A stretch of DNA of 64,000 nucleotides from Octopus bimaculoides (Eukaryota): positions 50,721,180 through 50,785,179 of the forward strand of contig NC_068985.1 of NCBI RefSeq assembly GCF_001194135.2. The letters run 5' to 3'. The position numbers and the translations under genes are program-made. The notes below the pieces were generated by a model. That model ran no database searches and was not told the DNA's origin. It was given only the letters and a program-made list of their open reading frames with translations. Of the stretch, positions 46,911-58,951 are shown one piece after another. The stretch's first letter is position 1; each line of letters opens with the position of its first letter.

Positions 46911-48264
46911 TGTGTGCATGCGTATATGTAATATAGAACTGGTCAGTACTGAAAGCAATGCCATCTTAATTCCCTATGGAGAAATAAACTAGAGACAGAC
47001 TTATGTGTGCGGGTGTGTCTAAAAGTATTGACTCTTTTATCTTTTGCGACAAACATCTGGTTACACAAGAAAAAATGTGGTGCTGCAGTGTTGATGGGGC
47101 AATAAATGGCGTTGGGGATGAAGGATGAAAAAATTGATTGGTGTGGAATAGGTTGAAATGGAGTGGAAGTAAGGGGTAGCGTCAGTGAAGGAAAAGAAAG
47201 AGGCAGAGAGAGAGAGAGATCTATAGAGAGAGAGATCTATAGAGAGAGGTAACGCACATGCACACACACGTACATATATGAACAGAGATGAAAATTAACA
47301 GGTCATTTTATTCCCACAGTCAGTTTGCGAATTCAGCGAAAGGTAAGAAAAAACTTCCATCGTTGATACAAAGGCTTTTGCAGCTGAGAAGACTCACGGA
47401 ATATTTTTTGTTTCTTTTTGAGCATATTTTCCGAAAATGTATACTGAAATCTTTTTGAAGAAATTGTTGAAAAAATTTGCTTGAACTGAAATCTCTTCGT
47501 GTTTGATCCAAAAATACATAAAATAAGTGATGCAAGAAAAAAAGTCCATCAATATTCAGAGGAATATTTAAAATTTGGATTTATACCCACTATCCGCAAT
47601 AAACTGTCACCAAGTTATGGGCGAAAAACTCGGATCTTGTAAATTTTCCAAAGTCTTCTCCCCACTCCCTCGGAAAATATTTTCCCATAAATTTCTTTAT
47701 AATCGTAATCTATGCCGGTTGAAAGGTATTTGTATAAAATTTCATTTAAAAAAAAAACATTTTCCTAAAAGTTATGAGGGAAAAACTCGGATCTTGTGAA
47801 TTTTCCGGTCTTCTCGCCACCCACCCCCGTTGCTCTCCACGCATTTTTTTTTACATCCGTTGCACTATTTTTTTTTATTTTGTTTCCGGGTAATATTGTN
47901 NNNNNNNNNNNNNNNNNNNNNNNNNNNNNNNNNNNNNNNNNNNNNNNNNNNNNNNNNNNNNNNNNNNNNNNNNNNNNNNNNNNNNNNNNNNNNNNNNNNN
48001 NNNNNNNNNNNNNNNNNNNNNNNNNNNNNNNNNNNNNNNNNNNNNNNNNNNNNNNNNNNNNNNNNNNNNNNNNNNNNNNNNNNNNNNNNNNNNNNNNNNN
48101 NNNNNNNNNNNNNNNNNNNNNNNNNNNNNNNNNNNNNNNNNNNNNNNNNNNNNNNNNNNNNNNNNNNNNNNNNNNNNNNNNNNNNNNNNNNNNNNNNNNN
48201 NNNNNNNNNNNNNNNNNNNNNNNNNNNNNNNNNNNNNNNNNNNNNNNNNNNNNNTTTGAATGGA

Positions 48265-48410
48265 AGGAGCAAGTCGATTACATCAACCCCAGTACTTGAC
48301 TGGCACTTATTTATCGACCCCGTAAAGACGAAAAGTAAAGGCGACTTCCACAGGAGGTTAAACTCAGAAAGTAAAGAGCTGGAAGAAATGCCATTTAGTG
48401 TTAAATCCGC
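48265..48410 (-). mobile_element. SINE family A, diverged
   Basis: AGTCGATTACATCAACCCCAGTACTTGACTGGCACTTATTTATCGACCCCG is the reverse of the family A core. Confidence 0.8.
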
Positions 48411-48433
48411 TGTAATAATTATAAATGTTTCTA

Positions 48434-48645
48434 GGGCGGTGAAAGGGAAGGATCGATAGCACGCCGGCAAAAACGCTTAGCAGCAATTTCCTTCGTCTTT
48501 ACGTTCTCAGTTCAAATTCCGCCGAGGTCGACTTTGCCTTTCGTCCTTTCAGGGTCGATAAAATAAGTACCACTTGAGCACTGGGGTTCGAAACAATCAA
48601 GTTACCCCTTGCTCCGAACTTACTAGCCTTAAGCCAAAATTTGAA
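48434..48645 (+). mobile_element. SINE family A (A2 tail)
   Basis: TAGCACGCCGG..GTTCAAATTCCGCCGAGGTCGACTTTGCCTTTCGTCCTTTCAGGGTCGATAAAATAAGTACC. Confidence 0.88.
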
Positions 48646-48852
48646 TCTAATAATTATAATTGTTTCTGACATAGGCTTGAAATTCGTGGATGTGGGTTAG
48701 TCGATTAAATTGATTCAGTGTATGACTAGTTCTTTATTTTATTGACTCCTATAGTTTTTTGGGCTTTTTTAAGCTGTTAGTTAATTGTCAATCACCGTGT
48801 TCTTTGATATAGGCACCAAGCCACAAACTTTGACAACACTATATAATGTAAA

Positions 48853-49165
48853 GGAGGCGCAATGGCCCAGTGGTTAGGGAAACATACTCGCGGTCGGAGA
48901 ATCGCGGTTTCGATTCCCAGACCGGGCGTTGTGTGTGTTTATTGAGCGAAAACACCTAAAGCTCCACGAAGCTCCTGCCGGGGGTGGTGGCAAAAACCCT
49001 GTTGTACTCTTTCGCCCCAACTTTCTTTCACTCCTTCATCCTGTTTCTTGAGTAACGCTGCGATAGACTGGCGTCCCGTCAAGCTGGGGGGAACACATAC
49101 CCCATAGAAACCGGGAAGCCGGGCCCATGAGCCTGGCTAGACTTTAAAAGGGCGCATAATAAAAA
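48853..49165 (+). mobile_element. SINE with a family B head and body but a different 3' module (B-prime)
   Basis: Matches family B up to CCTGTTTCT (49040-49048), then switches to GAGTAACGCTGCGATAGACTGGCGTCCCGTC..GGGCCCATGAGCCTGGCTAG..AAAGGGCGCATAATAAAA. Confidence 0.85.
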
Positions 49166-49172
49166 TGTAATG

Positions 49173-50018
49173 TAGAGGGTGTTCGGGTTAAAGTTGACGA
49201 TTTTTATGTCTCCTTTTTTTTTTTTCAAGAACAGCTGGAGAGCATAAATATTAAAGCTGTCATGGAGGACTGGAAACCATCTGAATATTGAAAAATAGTT
49301 GCTATGATGATTCGCGTCGGATATCAAAATGCTGACATCATGACTGCCACTCAGTGCTCTGTGAACACGGTAAAGGCTCTAAGATGTGACAAGGACGGCT
49401 GCAACTGAGATTAAGAAGCCGTGTCCAGCAGAAAGGGACATAGCAGGCGTTCTGAGTCCGCACGCTGATATTCATTCTCACATCTGCGAATAGGGTCTTA
49501 CGCTCAACTCAGACGGCTCTGTGAAGCTGCTGGAGACTGAGGTTTGTCTGGCTTGAAAGGGTCGCTGCTGGAAGGCTATGTGTAACAGCAGGATTCGGTG
49601 CCTTACCAAACCTCCGGAAAGAGTCAGAAATAGCTGTTGGAGAACTACGGCTTTACCAGCCCCAATTTCTGGTTTCTTAATTCACTATGATTGTAACCCC
49701 AAGGAGTATTATAGGTGCGTTGCGGTTGAGAAAAACACCAACCGCTCTGTTTGCAACACCAAGACTGAGCTGGTGGCCAAGGCCAAGAAAGTGCTCAAAG
49801 ATCTTCCCAAGAATACAGTGAAGAACGTATGCGCCGGATTCCGGAGTTTTTCTTGAGACCGTAGGGGAAGCTGAGGGCGATTACTTTGAGTAAACTGTTA
49901 TCACCCAGCGATAATGTAGTTGATATTTTTTTTTTTTAAACACTTTTATTTTTGGAAGGGATATTGTTTTCTTTTCCTTTTATGCATACTGTCAAATTTA
50001 GCCCGAACACCTTGGATA
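49173..50018 (+). mobile_element. Tc1/mariner-superfamily (maT/Tc1-like) transposon, internally deleted
   Basis: TIRs GAGGGTGTTCGGGTTAAAGTTGAC (49175) and reverse complement CAAGGTGTTCGGGCTAAATTTGAC (49991-50014). C-terminal remnant DCNPKEYY..VEKNTNRSVCNTKTELVAK..DLPKNTVKNVCAGFRS, then EAEGDYFE*. Confidence 0.75.
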
Positions 50019-50061
50019 ATAATGACTTCAGCACTTGACTGCTACTTATTGCATTAACCCC

Positions 50062-50077
50062 GGTGGTGGTGGTGGTG

Positions 50078-50120
<43 letters not shown>

Positions 50121-50185
50121 AAGTAGCAGCAGCAGCAGCAGCAGCAATAACAACAGCAGCAGTAACAAAATCAATAGCAGCAGCG
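50062..50185. repeat. Compound (GGT)n(AGT)n(AGC)n microsatellite
   Basis: Read directly from the sequence. Confidence 0.95.
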
Positions 50186-51025
50186 CCAGCGAAATCAGCC
50201 AGTTGTTACATTTGATCGTCGTTATCTTAAACGTCAGCAATGTTTATCAAAATACTAAGGGAAGCCATTATAGAGCCGGCCTATTGTTCCTCCTTCTCTC
50301 CCAACTCCAGTTTCACGCTTTCATTTCATTTATTTATTTGTTTATTTATTTATTTATCTATTTATTTATATTCTTGTTTTATTTTTAAAAAAAACAGTTC
50401 TGAATAGAACATATCAAGGCAAGGGAAAGCTTGTTATTGTTTTCTTCAAACGTTTCTGTTTGTTTCGATTTGTTTGTTTGTTTGTTTATAGAGGAACACG
50501 CGCGTACGCACATACACAATATTGGAGTGAGCTCTTATTCTACCCATGTTACACCCGGAAGTTCTGTCCTGTTAGATAACGAAAGACTAACACCACCATT
50601 TTGTTGGCACACTCCAAAACTTTATTGTGGATATTAGCGGAGTGAGACCTAAAGAATCGAGCTGCAACGTGACAGGGAATGCTTTCATGGTTGTGACATA
50701 AACAAGGCAGGGTAAGGGTTGTCATTTGCTCTTGGACGTAATGAGCATTTTGTATGTAGGTATTCAATGTATGTTTGTGCTACGCTTATGTGTGTGAAGA
50801 GGAGGAGGAGGAAAATGTATGTATGGGTGTGTATCAGTTCGCGCGTGTTTATGCGATATTTCGTACAGAAACTTTTAATATATGTTTATGCTACAGTCAT
50901 GTGAGTCAGTGCATGTGTGTGTAAGAATGAGAGCGAATAAAGTGTGTATAGCACTACGTCATTTTATGTGTCTATGTAAATATCTACTTGAGCTGCATAC
51001 ATAGACAGAAGTAGTTGTGTCTGTG

Positions 51026-51919
51026 TACAAGGTCTGATCAATAAGTATCCGGACTGTTGCCATAGTAACTAAGCTTAAGCACGCAGAGTGAAACCGCTGA
51101 GCATTGATTGACCTTGAACTCTGTTGTGCATGCCCACTAAGTTTTAACGTTCTAGCTCACTTCCGTTGTTTGCAGTAACGCTTGGAAGGAAGGTGTGTAG
51201 TGTGTGATCGTCACATTGACCATGACAGAGGAAGTTGTCATGGCGATATCTGCTCAGAGGTCTGCGCAAAGTTGCAGAAAGTGTATGGAGAGGAGTGTAT
51301 CAGCCACACACATGTGTATGAGTGGTTCAGATGTTTCCAAGATGGCCGAAAAAGTGTCGATATTGACGAAGTTCTGGGAGCCCTGCAACCAGGAGAAGTG
51401 AGAAAAACATCACAGATGTGCATGCAGCTGGGAGAGGAAATCATTGAATCACCACCTGTGAGTTATCAGAGGATATGCAGATTAGTTACAGTTCAGTTTA
51501 GTCCATTATCATTGAAGATTTGGGCATGAGATGCGTGTCTGCCAAGTTTGTATCAAAATCCATTTCAGCTGACCAAAAAGACACTCGGGTTTCAGTTGCA
51601 CAACACCTTGATTGTGTCGAGAACGATGAAATTTTTTTTGAAAACTTTGCGTAGACCTCTGAGCAAGTGTCGCCAAGCTTTTGGCAAAATTTGATGCAGA
51701 TTCTCTGCTCAACTTTCTCTGTCATGGTCAATGCAACGATCACACGCTACGCACCTCATTCCAAGCACCGCTGTAAACAGCGGAAGTGAGCTAGAACGTT
51801 AAAACTTAGTGCGCATGCCCAGCAGAATTCAAGGTCAATCTGTGCTCGCGGCTTCACTCTGTTTGCCTTAGCATCGTTACTATGGCAATAGTTCGGATAC
51901 TTATTGATCAGACCACGTA
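51026..51919. mobile_element. mariner-derived element with two inverted 5' ends (long-IR fold-back)
   Basis: TA-flanked TIRs C(A/G)(A/T)GGTCTGATCAATAAGTATCCG. 51028 to about 51270 is the inverse of about 51640-51917, and both arms include the transposase start (MTEKVEQRICIKFCQKLG on the minus strand). The plus-strand transposase continues to about 51636. Confidence 0.88.
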
Positions 51920-52088
51920 TATGTGCTAATGCTTGTGCATAAGGCAAGTATGTTTTATGTTTGTATGTAATTTTTGTTGTGTGACACCTCTGTCGACGTA
52001 AGAACAACTGTGTGCACAACAGCTGATCCAGATATACCATTTTACTGCTTTCAATATGATATATCCACTATTAATATACCACTATTGA

Positions 52089-52423
52089 AGGCGCGTGGCT
52101 TAGTGGTTAGGGCATTCGGCTCACGATCGTAAGGTCGTGAGTTCAATTCCCGGCGACGCGTTGTGTCCTTGAGCAAGACACTTTATTTCACGTTGCTCCA
52201 GTTCACTCTGCTGGCAAAAATAAGTAGTACCTGTATTTCGAAGGGCCAGCCTTGTCACACTCTGTGTCACGCTGGGTCTCCCTGAGAACTACGTTAGGGG
52301 TACACGTGTCTGCGGATTGCTCAGTCACTTGCACGTTAATTTCACGAGCAAGCTGTTCCGTTGATCGTATCAGCTGGGACCCTCGTCGTCGTAACCGACG
52401 GAGTGCTCCTTTTTTTTTTTTTT
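52089..52423 (+). mobile_element. tRNA-derived SINE, family C (CORE-like body + family B 3' module), T-rich tail
   Basis: A-box TGGCTTAGTGG, B-box GAGTTCAATTCC, CORE-like GTGTCCTTGAGCAAGACACTT (52163-52183), B-type tail from 52230; 18-bp TSD TTAATATACCACTATTGA at 52071-52088 and 52424-52441. Confidence 0.93.
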
Positions 52424-52893
52424 TTAATATACCACTATTGATCAGCAGATCAATTGATCATAAACCATACGACCATCTGTATCCCCTGAAATGCAATAGT
52501 TGTTAGTTAACTACGTGACGACATGATCGACCAGATCATACAATTTTCTTTCTTTTTCTTTTTAGAATAGTGTATTCTGGCCTACATTATTCAGTGTATT
52601 CTTTTTAAGATGGCATGGTGTGATTCAAAGATTTTGCAGTTTCTTTTAGCATGTCATGCAATCACATACAGGCTCCTTCATTTGCTCGTACACAAGTGTC
52701 GTTATTCTGTTGTGCTGATTAAATGTGTTATCAATAACTTGGCTAACAGTGTTGTATGTTGTCTTGCTTTCTTTTTTTGAACTTGGCTTTCGCTTGATAT
52801 GAATATTGGGAGTGTTGAACGTAATTTGTGTATCTTACATTTTCGTCTCTTGCATATATTACGTGCGTGTGTGGTGCGCGTGCGTGTGTATGC

Positions 52894-52931
<38 letters not shown>

Positions 52932-53473
52932 ACGCGCACGTATGTGTTTGATTTGTTTATGATGTGAAGTTTATTGGTTTATTGAATTCCAACGGTTGAT
53001 AAGCAATGAGATATGACCTTTCCTTATTTAAGATACTGCAATGTGATTCGAGGAAGATTTGGTCTCTTTTGGAGTTATTTCTTAAGATAGTGTTTAACAT
53101 TTTATTTATAAGTGGTTTTTAGAGAGCAGCATCAAAAGTTTTGTTTGTGTCATTGATAAGATGAAGCATATATAGATCTTTCTGTTATTGAAGAAAGACT
53201 AAACATTATGCAAGCACGTCACAGTTACTGTGTCTTCCAAAGCTTAACTTTACCTCACACCTCATAATTATTTCTAATTTAAATGTATTGTGACTCCGAT
53301 ATAGTTAACACATAGCGACATCTTTGAGATTCGAAGTTACTAACTCTTCCTATCTTAGGCAGTTTTAAGCAGTAATCCCATGATTAGATCTACCCAATTC
53401 ATGTAGAGTCTTGGCTCATTGCATTTAGTGCGCTAGTACTTATTTCATTTTTCTCTTAAAATAATGATGACGT

Positions 53474-53562
53474 AAGGCGGCGAGCTGGCAAAACGTTAGC
53501 ACGCCGGGCGAAATGCTTAGTGGTATTTCGTCTGTCTTTACGTTCTGAGTTCAAATTCCACC
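53474..53562 (+). mobile_element. SINE family A, head only
   Basis: AAGGCGGCGAGCTGGCAAAACGTTAGCACGCCGGGCG..GAGTTCAAATTCC, then the match stops abruptly. Confidence 0.88.
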
Positions 53563-54513
53563 TCTGCTGTCAAAACTGGGATCATTATGAGCTTACTAGT
53601 TGACTTGCTTTGCCTAGTCTCTTGTGCTCAGCCCATACAAGTTCATCTATAAGCAAACTGGAATATTTCACAAGTTTCTGTTGCGTTTTTGCCCAGTTAA
53701 ACACATAGATTAACACATGCATAGCGAACTTCCAAATTGTCTTCACGTCCTGACTGCATTCTGCAAAGTAGTCAGCTATTAAAAGTAGTCTTTAGTAGTA
53801 TTCAAAGTGCTCTTACAGCTGTCTTCTTCAATCTGGAATAAGTTGGTAGGTCAGCTTATTAGTTGTATAGTAATGATATATTAAAATTACAATAATATAG
53901 GATAGTTATAACTGTCTCTCCTAAATAGATCCCAAAACTTCTGGAATGCACCCCGTCACCTAAGAATATATATGATATTGTGCCTGATCTAAAGAAACTA
54001 ATATTATCCACGTGAAATGATAAAGATTATAACATACCATTTCTACTCCTTTGTGAATCTGTATGATTTTGCTTTCGCAAAATATTTCTTTCGACTAAGC
54101 ACATTTTAGTGGTGTCGGGGAAGAGAAATGGAAAGTTGTGAGTTAAGATGTTCATTCATAAAAAAATCGTGCCGGGGGTTTAGACATGAAGTGCTTCGAA
54201 AGTAATATCGCCATTTTTGTCGTACCTACTCGGCCTTCAAAAAAGAAAAAAGGGAAAGAACAAAGAAATTTTCGTCTTAATATTTCATATTTGAATTAGC
54301 TTTGCAGCTTCGGTAATTTTATTCCATTTCGAGGTCATGATTAAATTAGATCTGATACGAAATCAGAATAAGTGCCTCTCGCCAAGCCTGACCGGAAATG
54401 CAGTAGTCATTAACGAATGCAAAAGTGTGATTTATTTATTCACATATTTATTTGTTTCTTTCTTTCTTTATGTATTTATCAGCATCAGCATCATTATTTT
54501 TATTGTTGTTGTT

Positions 54514-54625
54514 AAGGTCGACTGTGCCTATCATCCTTCCAGAATCGATAAAATAAGTATCAGTGAAGTCTTGGAGTCGATGTACTCGACTAGTCCTCTC
54601 CCCTCAAAATTCAGATTTGGCAGAA
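54514..54625 (+). mobile_element. SINE family A, core and tail fragment
   Basis: AGGTCGACTGTGCCTATCATCCTTCCAGAATCGATAAAATAAGTATCAG. Confidence 0.7.
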
Positions 54626-55287
54626 AGAATTATTAGAAGTGGACTAAGAGGTAAAACAATTACGAATCATAATTATCCCTTCACACGAATGAGAAAAATT
54701 AATATTGAAGGAACAGCTTTAAGGATTTTGAGAAACATATTATAAATAAAAGAGGTCCATGTCTTAAAATATCAAATAATTGTTACACAACTGTGTAGAA
54801 CCTGCTGTCTAGTTAAATAGGAAAAAAAAAACATTCTAAATATGCTAAAATATTTCATTTAAATGATGTGCGTGGGTGGGGGGTTCTTCTAGGAGAATTT
54901 GCAAAAGATACTTCTTGCTACAAAACTCAGAATCGAAGACAATTTGGAACGGAAAACAGAATTTCTGTACGTAGTAGCTGAATATCAAATACATATCACA
55001 AAATCATCGATTACACCCAAATAAATCGCTAGTCCGTGTTAGCATAATGTAGTGACTCAAACTTTCTAATTACGTCTGTAATGAGGAGAAAAACTTACAC
55101 TGGATATGTCAGCACCAACTTAGCTACTTCCTTTTTATGCCGAAGGCGTCGCTAGAAAATTTGTCCCATTCATTCTTTTCTAATAAATTCATTTTGTAGA
55201 AATGGAAAAAATCTAGTAGAATTATAAACGCTGCTCAAACAGTATATACTCCAATCTCCGATGCTGTTGTTGCTATCGTTGTTGTTG

Positions 55288-55319
<32 letters not shown>

Positions 55320-55729
55320 GGTTTCGGTATTGCTGTTGTTTAGTCGCACTACTCTGAACACACATGCACGTATATACATACGAGCGTGAATAATGTAGGA
55401 ATATTTTGTAATCTCTACGCTTCTATATTTCAACTTTTCCCTCTCCTTCTAAAGTTGTTTACAATAAAAACCTTAGCAACAACAACAACAACAACAACGT
55501 GAAAGTGATTCTTTATGGTTGTTTGACTTGCTCGAAATAGCAGACAAATTTTCGCAAATCATTCTCACAACCTTATTATAGGACATATTGGATCATTTAG
55601 TTCTAGATTTACAAAAAAGACGAGTGATCACGACCGTTGGTCGTACCTGGGAGCAATAACATGAGACACTAGAAGAGAAATAAATTAACTCGTAGCCCTA
55701 TAACATGAATAAATAATATTTTAGCACTT

Positions 55730-56141
55730 AAGGCGGCGTGCTGGCAGAGACGTTAGCACGCCGGGCGAAATGCTTAACGGTATTTCGTCTGCCGTTACGT
55801 TCTGAGTTCAAATTCCGCCGAGGTCGACTTTGCCTTTCATCCTTTCGGGGCCGATCAAATAAGTACCAGTTACGCAGTGGGGTGGATATAATCGACTTAA
55901 TCCGTTTGTCTGTCTTTGTTTGTCTCCTCTGTGTGTATCCCCTTGTGGGCAGTAAAGAAATGTTAGCACGCCGGGCGAAATGCTTCGCGGTATTTCGTCA
56001 GTCTTTGCGTTCTGAGTTCAAATTCCGACGAGGTTGACTTTGCTTTTTCAGGATCGATAAATTAAGTATCAGTTGCGTACTGGATCGATGTAATCGACTG
56101 GCCCCTGCCACAAAAATTTTCTGCCTAGAGTAGAAAAGAAT
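55730..56141 (+). mobile_element. Tandem SINE family A dimer (A1 copy followed by a head-truncated A2 copy)
   Basis: First copy 55730-55960 ends GTGGGCAGTAAAGAAA; the second starts TGTTAGCACGCCGGGCG at 55961 and ends GCCTAGAGTAGAAAAGAAT. Confidence 0.9.
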
Positions 56142-56354
56142 ATTTTACCACTTATTCTCCTTCATCTCCTCCTCCTTCTCCAGCTGCTCCTCCTGATCGC
56201 CCTCATCATCATCACCTTCGCTTAGTTTTAATTTTCAACAACACACAAAAATCTTTAATCATTAGTGTGATGTAGATGTCACACTCTGAAAGATGAAAAT
56301 AAAAGTTATTTCTATCAATACTGAAGACTTCAGATGGTATAAACTAATTTAAAA

Positions 56355-56500
56355 AAAAAAAAAACAGTAGCCAAAACGCCACCTTAAATTTGAACAATGT
56401 ACTCTTAAATGCACAAAATAAAATGAGAATGATCATGACTGGAGTACCTTTAAGCAATTACAGGTCTGCCTGATCATAGCTGACTTGAGGATAAACAACA
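56355..56500 (-). repeat. Old dispersed repeat family E
   Basis: Reverse complement GTTGTTTATCCTCAAGTCAGCTATGATCAGGCAGACCTG aligns with 44110. Confidence 0.6.
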
Positions 56501-57675
56501 CCTTTAGACAGAAACTTCTTTTCTGAAAGTATTGCTGAGACAAAGAAATGCAGAAATTACTCGTGTACGTTAACCTGTTCTGCTTGGAATAAAAATTTAG
56601 TTTACTTTTCTACTGAAGGGGAGACATCTTTTTTCTATTCCTAATTTTCTAATCTAAGTTCTGAGCCTAAGGAGTTGAGTTTTGAGTTGAATTATTTCTG
56701 AAATTCTTTATGGATAACACTGTGGTAGCCAGATGTGGCCATATCATTTGTTTCTTTGCCGAATGCTTTATAATTAGATCTATGGTTTGGTCAATTTAGA
56801 TACTGAGGTCTTATAATATACCGTATAAGTTCACTCTTTTAATGCACAAAACCTCTTTTTCCTAAATATATGCTGCTAAAATTGGGTGCGTCTAAAATAC
56901 CTGTGCGCTTTTTATATCATCAAATTTGTTGGGGTTTTCTCCCAGAACCTTTCCAACGACAAGTTGTTTCATTTTAAACTTCATACTTTTGTCTTATCTT
57001 ATCCATTAAAGATTGGAGCAAACCAGTGCGTTGTCGATTGATTTTTATTAAATAGCAGCCAGATCTCATTCACACTACGCTCTACCTTCTTAAAAAGTGG
57101 GTTATACATTAAACAGCGTTAAAAGAAATAGTGTCTGAAAATACAGTGCGTCGAACAAAACTACGTAACAGTGTTCTGTTCCGTTCGGCTACATTTCTTT
57201 TATTCAAAGAAGGGAAGATAACCGCAAGAATCAAGGATTCTCATTTTCGCTTCCTTCGTTCAGAGTATCCAGACCATAATATGTTCCTCCCTTTTTCTCT
57301 ATGTATGTATCACGTTCTGCAAGAGACAAAGTAGGGCAAACACTGTGTTGAGGACGTCTATTGAAGAAGAAACATGTGACACAGCTCACCTCTTCTCTGC
57401 AAACAATCAGACTTTCTTTCTTTTAATATAAATTTTGGAGAATTCTTGATTCTTGAGATTATTTCCCCCTCTAATTTGATTGCCATCAAGCAATTGTTCT
57501 ACCTTTTCTGGCAGCGGAGACAATTTCAGAGAATCATGAATTTTTATCGTCTATGGTATTCTATTTGTCTTAGTGGTTCAAATATATTTCTCGTGTATGT
57601 ATGTATGTATGTATGTATGTATGTATGTATGTATGTATGGGCGAGTAGAGTGCGCCGAATGTGTATGTATGTTTG

Positions 57676-57871
57676 TGAGTGAATGAGTGAGTGAGTGAGT
57701 GAGTGAGTGAGTGAGTGAGTGAGTGAGTGAGTGAGTGAGTGAATGAGTGAGTGAGTGAGTGAGTGAGTGACTGAATGACTGAGTGAGTGAGTGAGTGAGT
57801 GAGTGAGTGAGTGACTGAATGAGTGAGTGAGTGAGTGACTGAATGACTGAGTGAGTGAGTGAGTGAGTGAG
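57676..57871. repeat. (GAGT)n tetranucleotide array with GAAT/GACT variants
   Basis: About 196 bp; source of the (LTHS)n and (HSLT)n ORFs. Confidence 0.95.
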
Positions 57872-58292
57872 CGGGGTTTGCTATGACAGTATGCATATAT
57901 ATCTTTGTGTAGAGACATCCCAATTTTGTGGAGAAATAAATAACTTCAGATAGGTATAAATCTATACTATAGCTGCATACACATATGCATGTATAGTATA
58001 GATGAATATTGATGATATATAGTATAGGTTCATATTGATGGTATATAGTATAGGTCCATGTTGATAGTATATATCTTAAGTTCATAAGTTTATGTCAGCC
58101 ATCGCGGCCAACACCACACTGAAACACATAGAAACGTGCGCGTGCACATTCACACACACACAAACACAAACAAGTACACACGCGCGCATCCTTAAAGAAA
58201 GAAAACAGAGTAATCTCTAAACTTTGGGAAAGTTTTCATATAGTGTGTATTTTGTGCGAAAGCGCTTTCGTTGAAAAGTTGGTCGAAAGCGC

Positions 58293-58583
58293 TTACTCTT
58301 TTACTTGTTTCAGTCATTTGACTGCGGCCATGCTGGAGCACCACCTTTAGTCGAGCAAATCGACCCCAGGACATATTCTTTGTAAGCCTAGTATCTATTC
58401 TATCGGTCTCTTTTTGCCGAACCGCTAAGTTACGGGGACCTAAACACACCAGCATCGGTTACACACACATACATATATACGACGGGCTTCTTTCAGTTTA
58501 CGTCTACCAAATCCACTCACAAGGCTTTGGTCGGCTCGAGGCTATAGTAGAAGACACTCGCCCAAGATGCCACGCAGTGGGAC
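58293..58583 (-). mobile_element. SINE family D
   Basis: Reverse complement of the family D tail, core and part of the head. Confidence 0.92.
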
Positions 58584-58843
58584 AAAATACACACTATGCA
58601 AAATTTTCTCCANNNNNNNNNNNNNNNNNNNNNNNNNNNNNNNNNNNNNNNNNNNNNNNNNNNNNNNNNNNNNNNNNNNNNNNNNNNNNNNNNNNNNNNN
58701 NNNNNNNNNNNNNNNNNNNNNNNNNNNNNNNNNNNNNNNNNNNNNNNNNNNNNNNNNNNNNNNNNNNNNNNNNNNNNNNNNNNNNNNNNNNNNNNNNNNN
58801 NNNNNNNNNNNNNNNNNNNNNNNNNNNNNNNNNNNNNNNNNNN

Positions 58844-58869
58844 ACAGAAAAGAAGCCCGTCGTATATAT

Positions 58870-58902
<33 letters not shown>

Positions 58903-58903
58903 A

Positions 58904-58951
<48 letters not shown>

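Noticed and set aside
56818-56900. TACCGTA..GGGTGCGTCT resembling a Tc2/pogo MITE end
   Set aside because: A single degenerate end with no partner TIR found.
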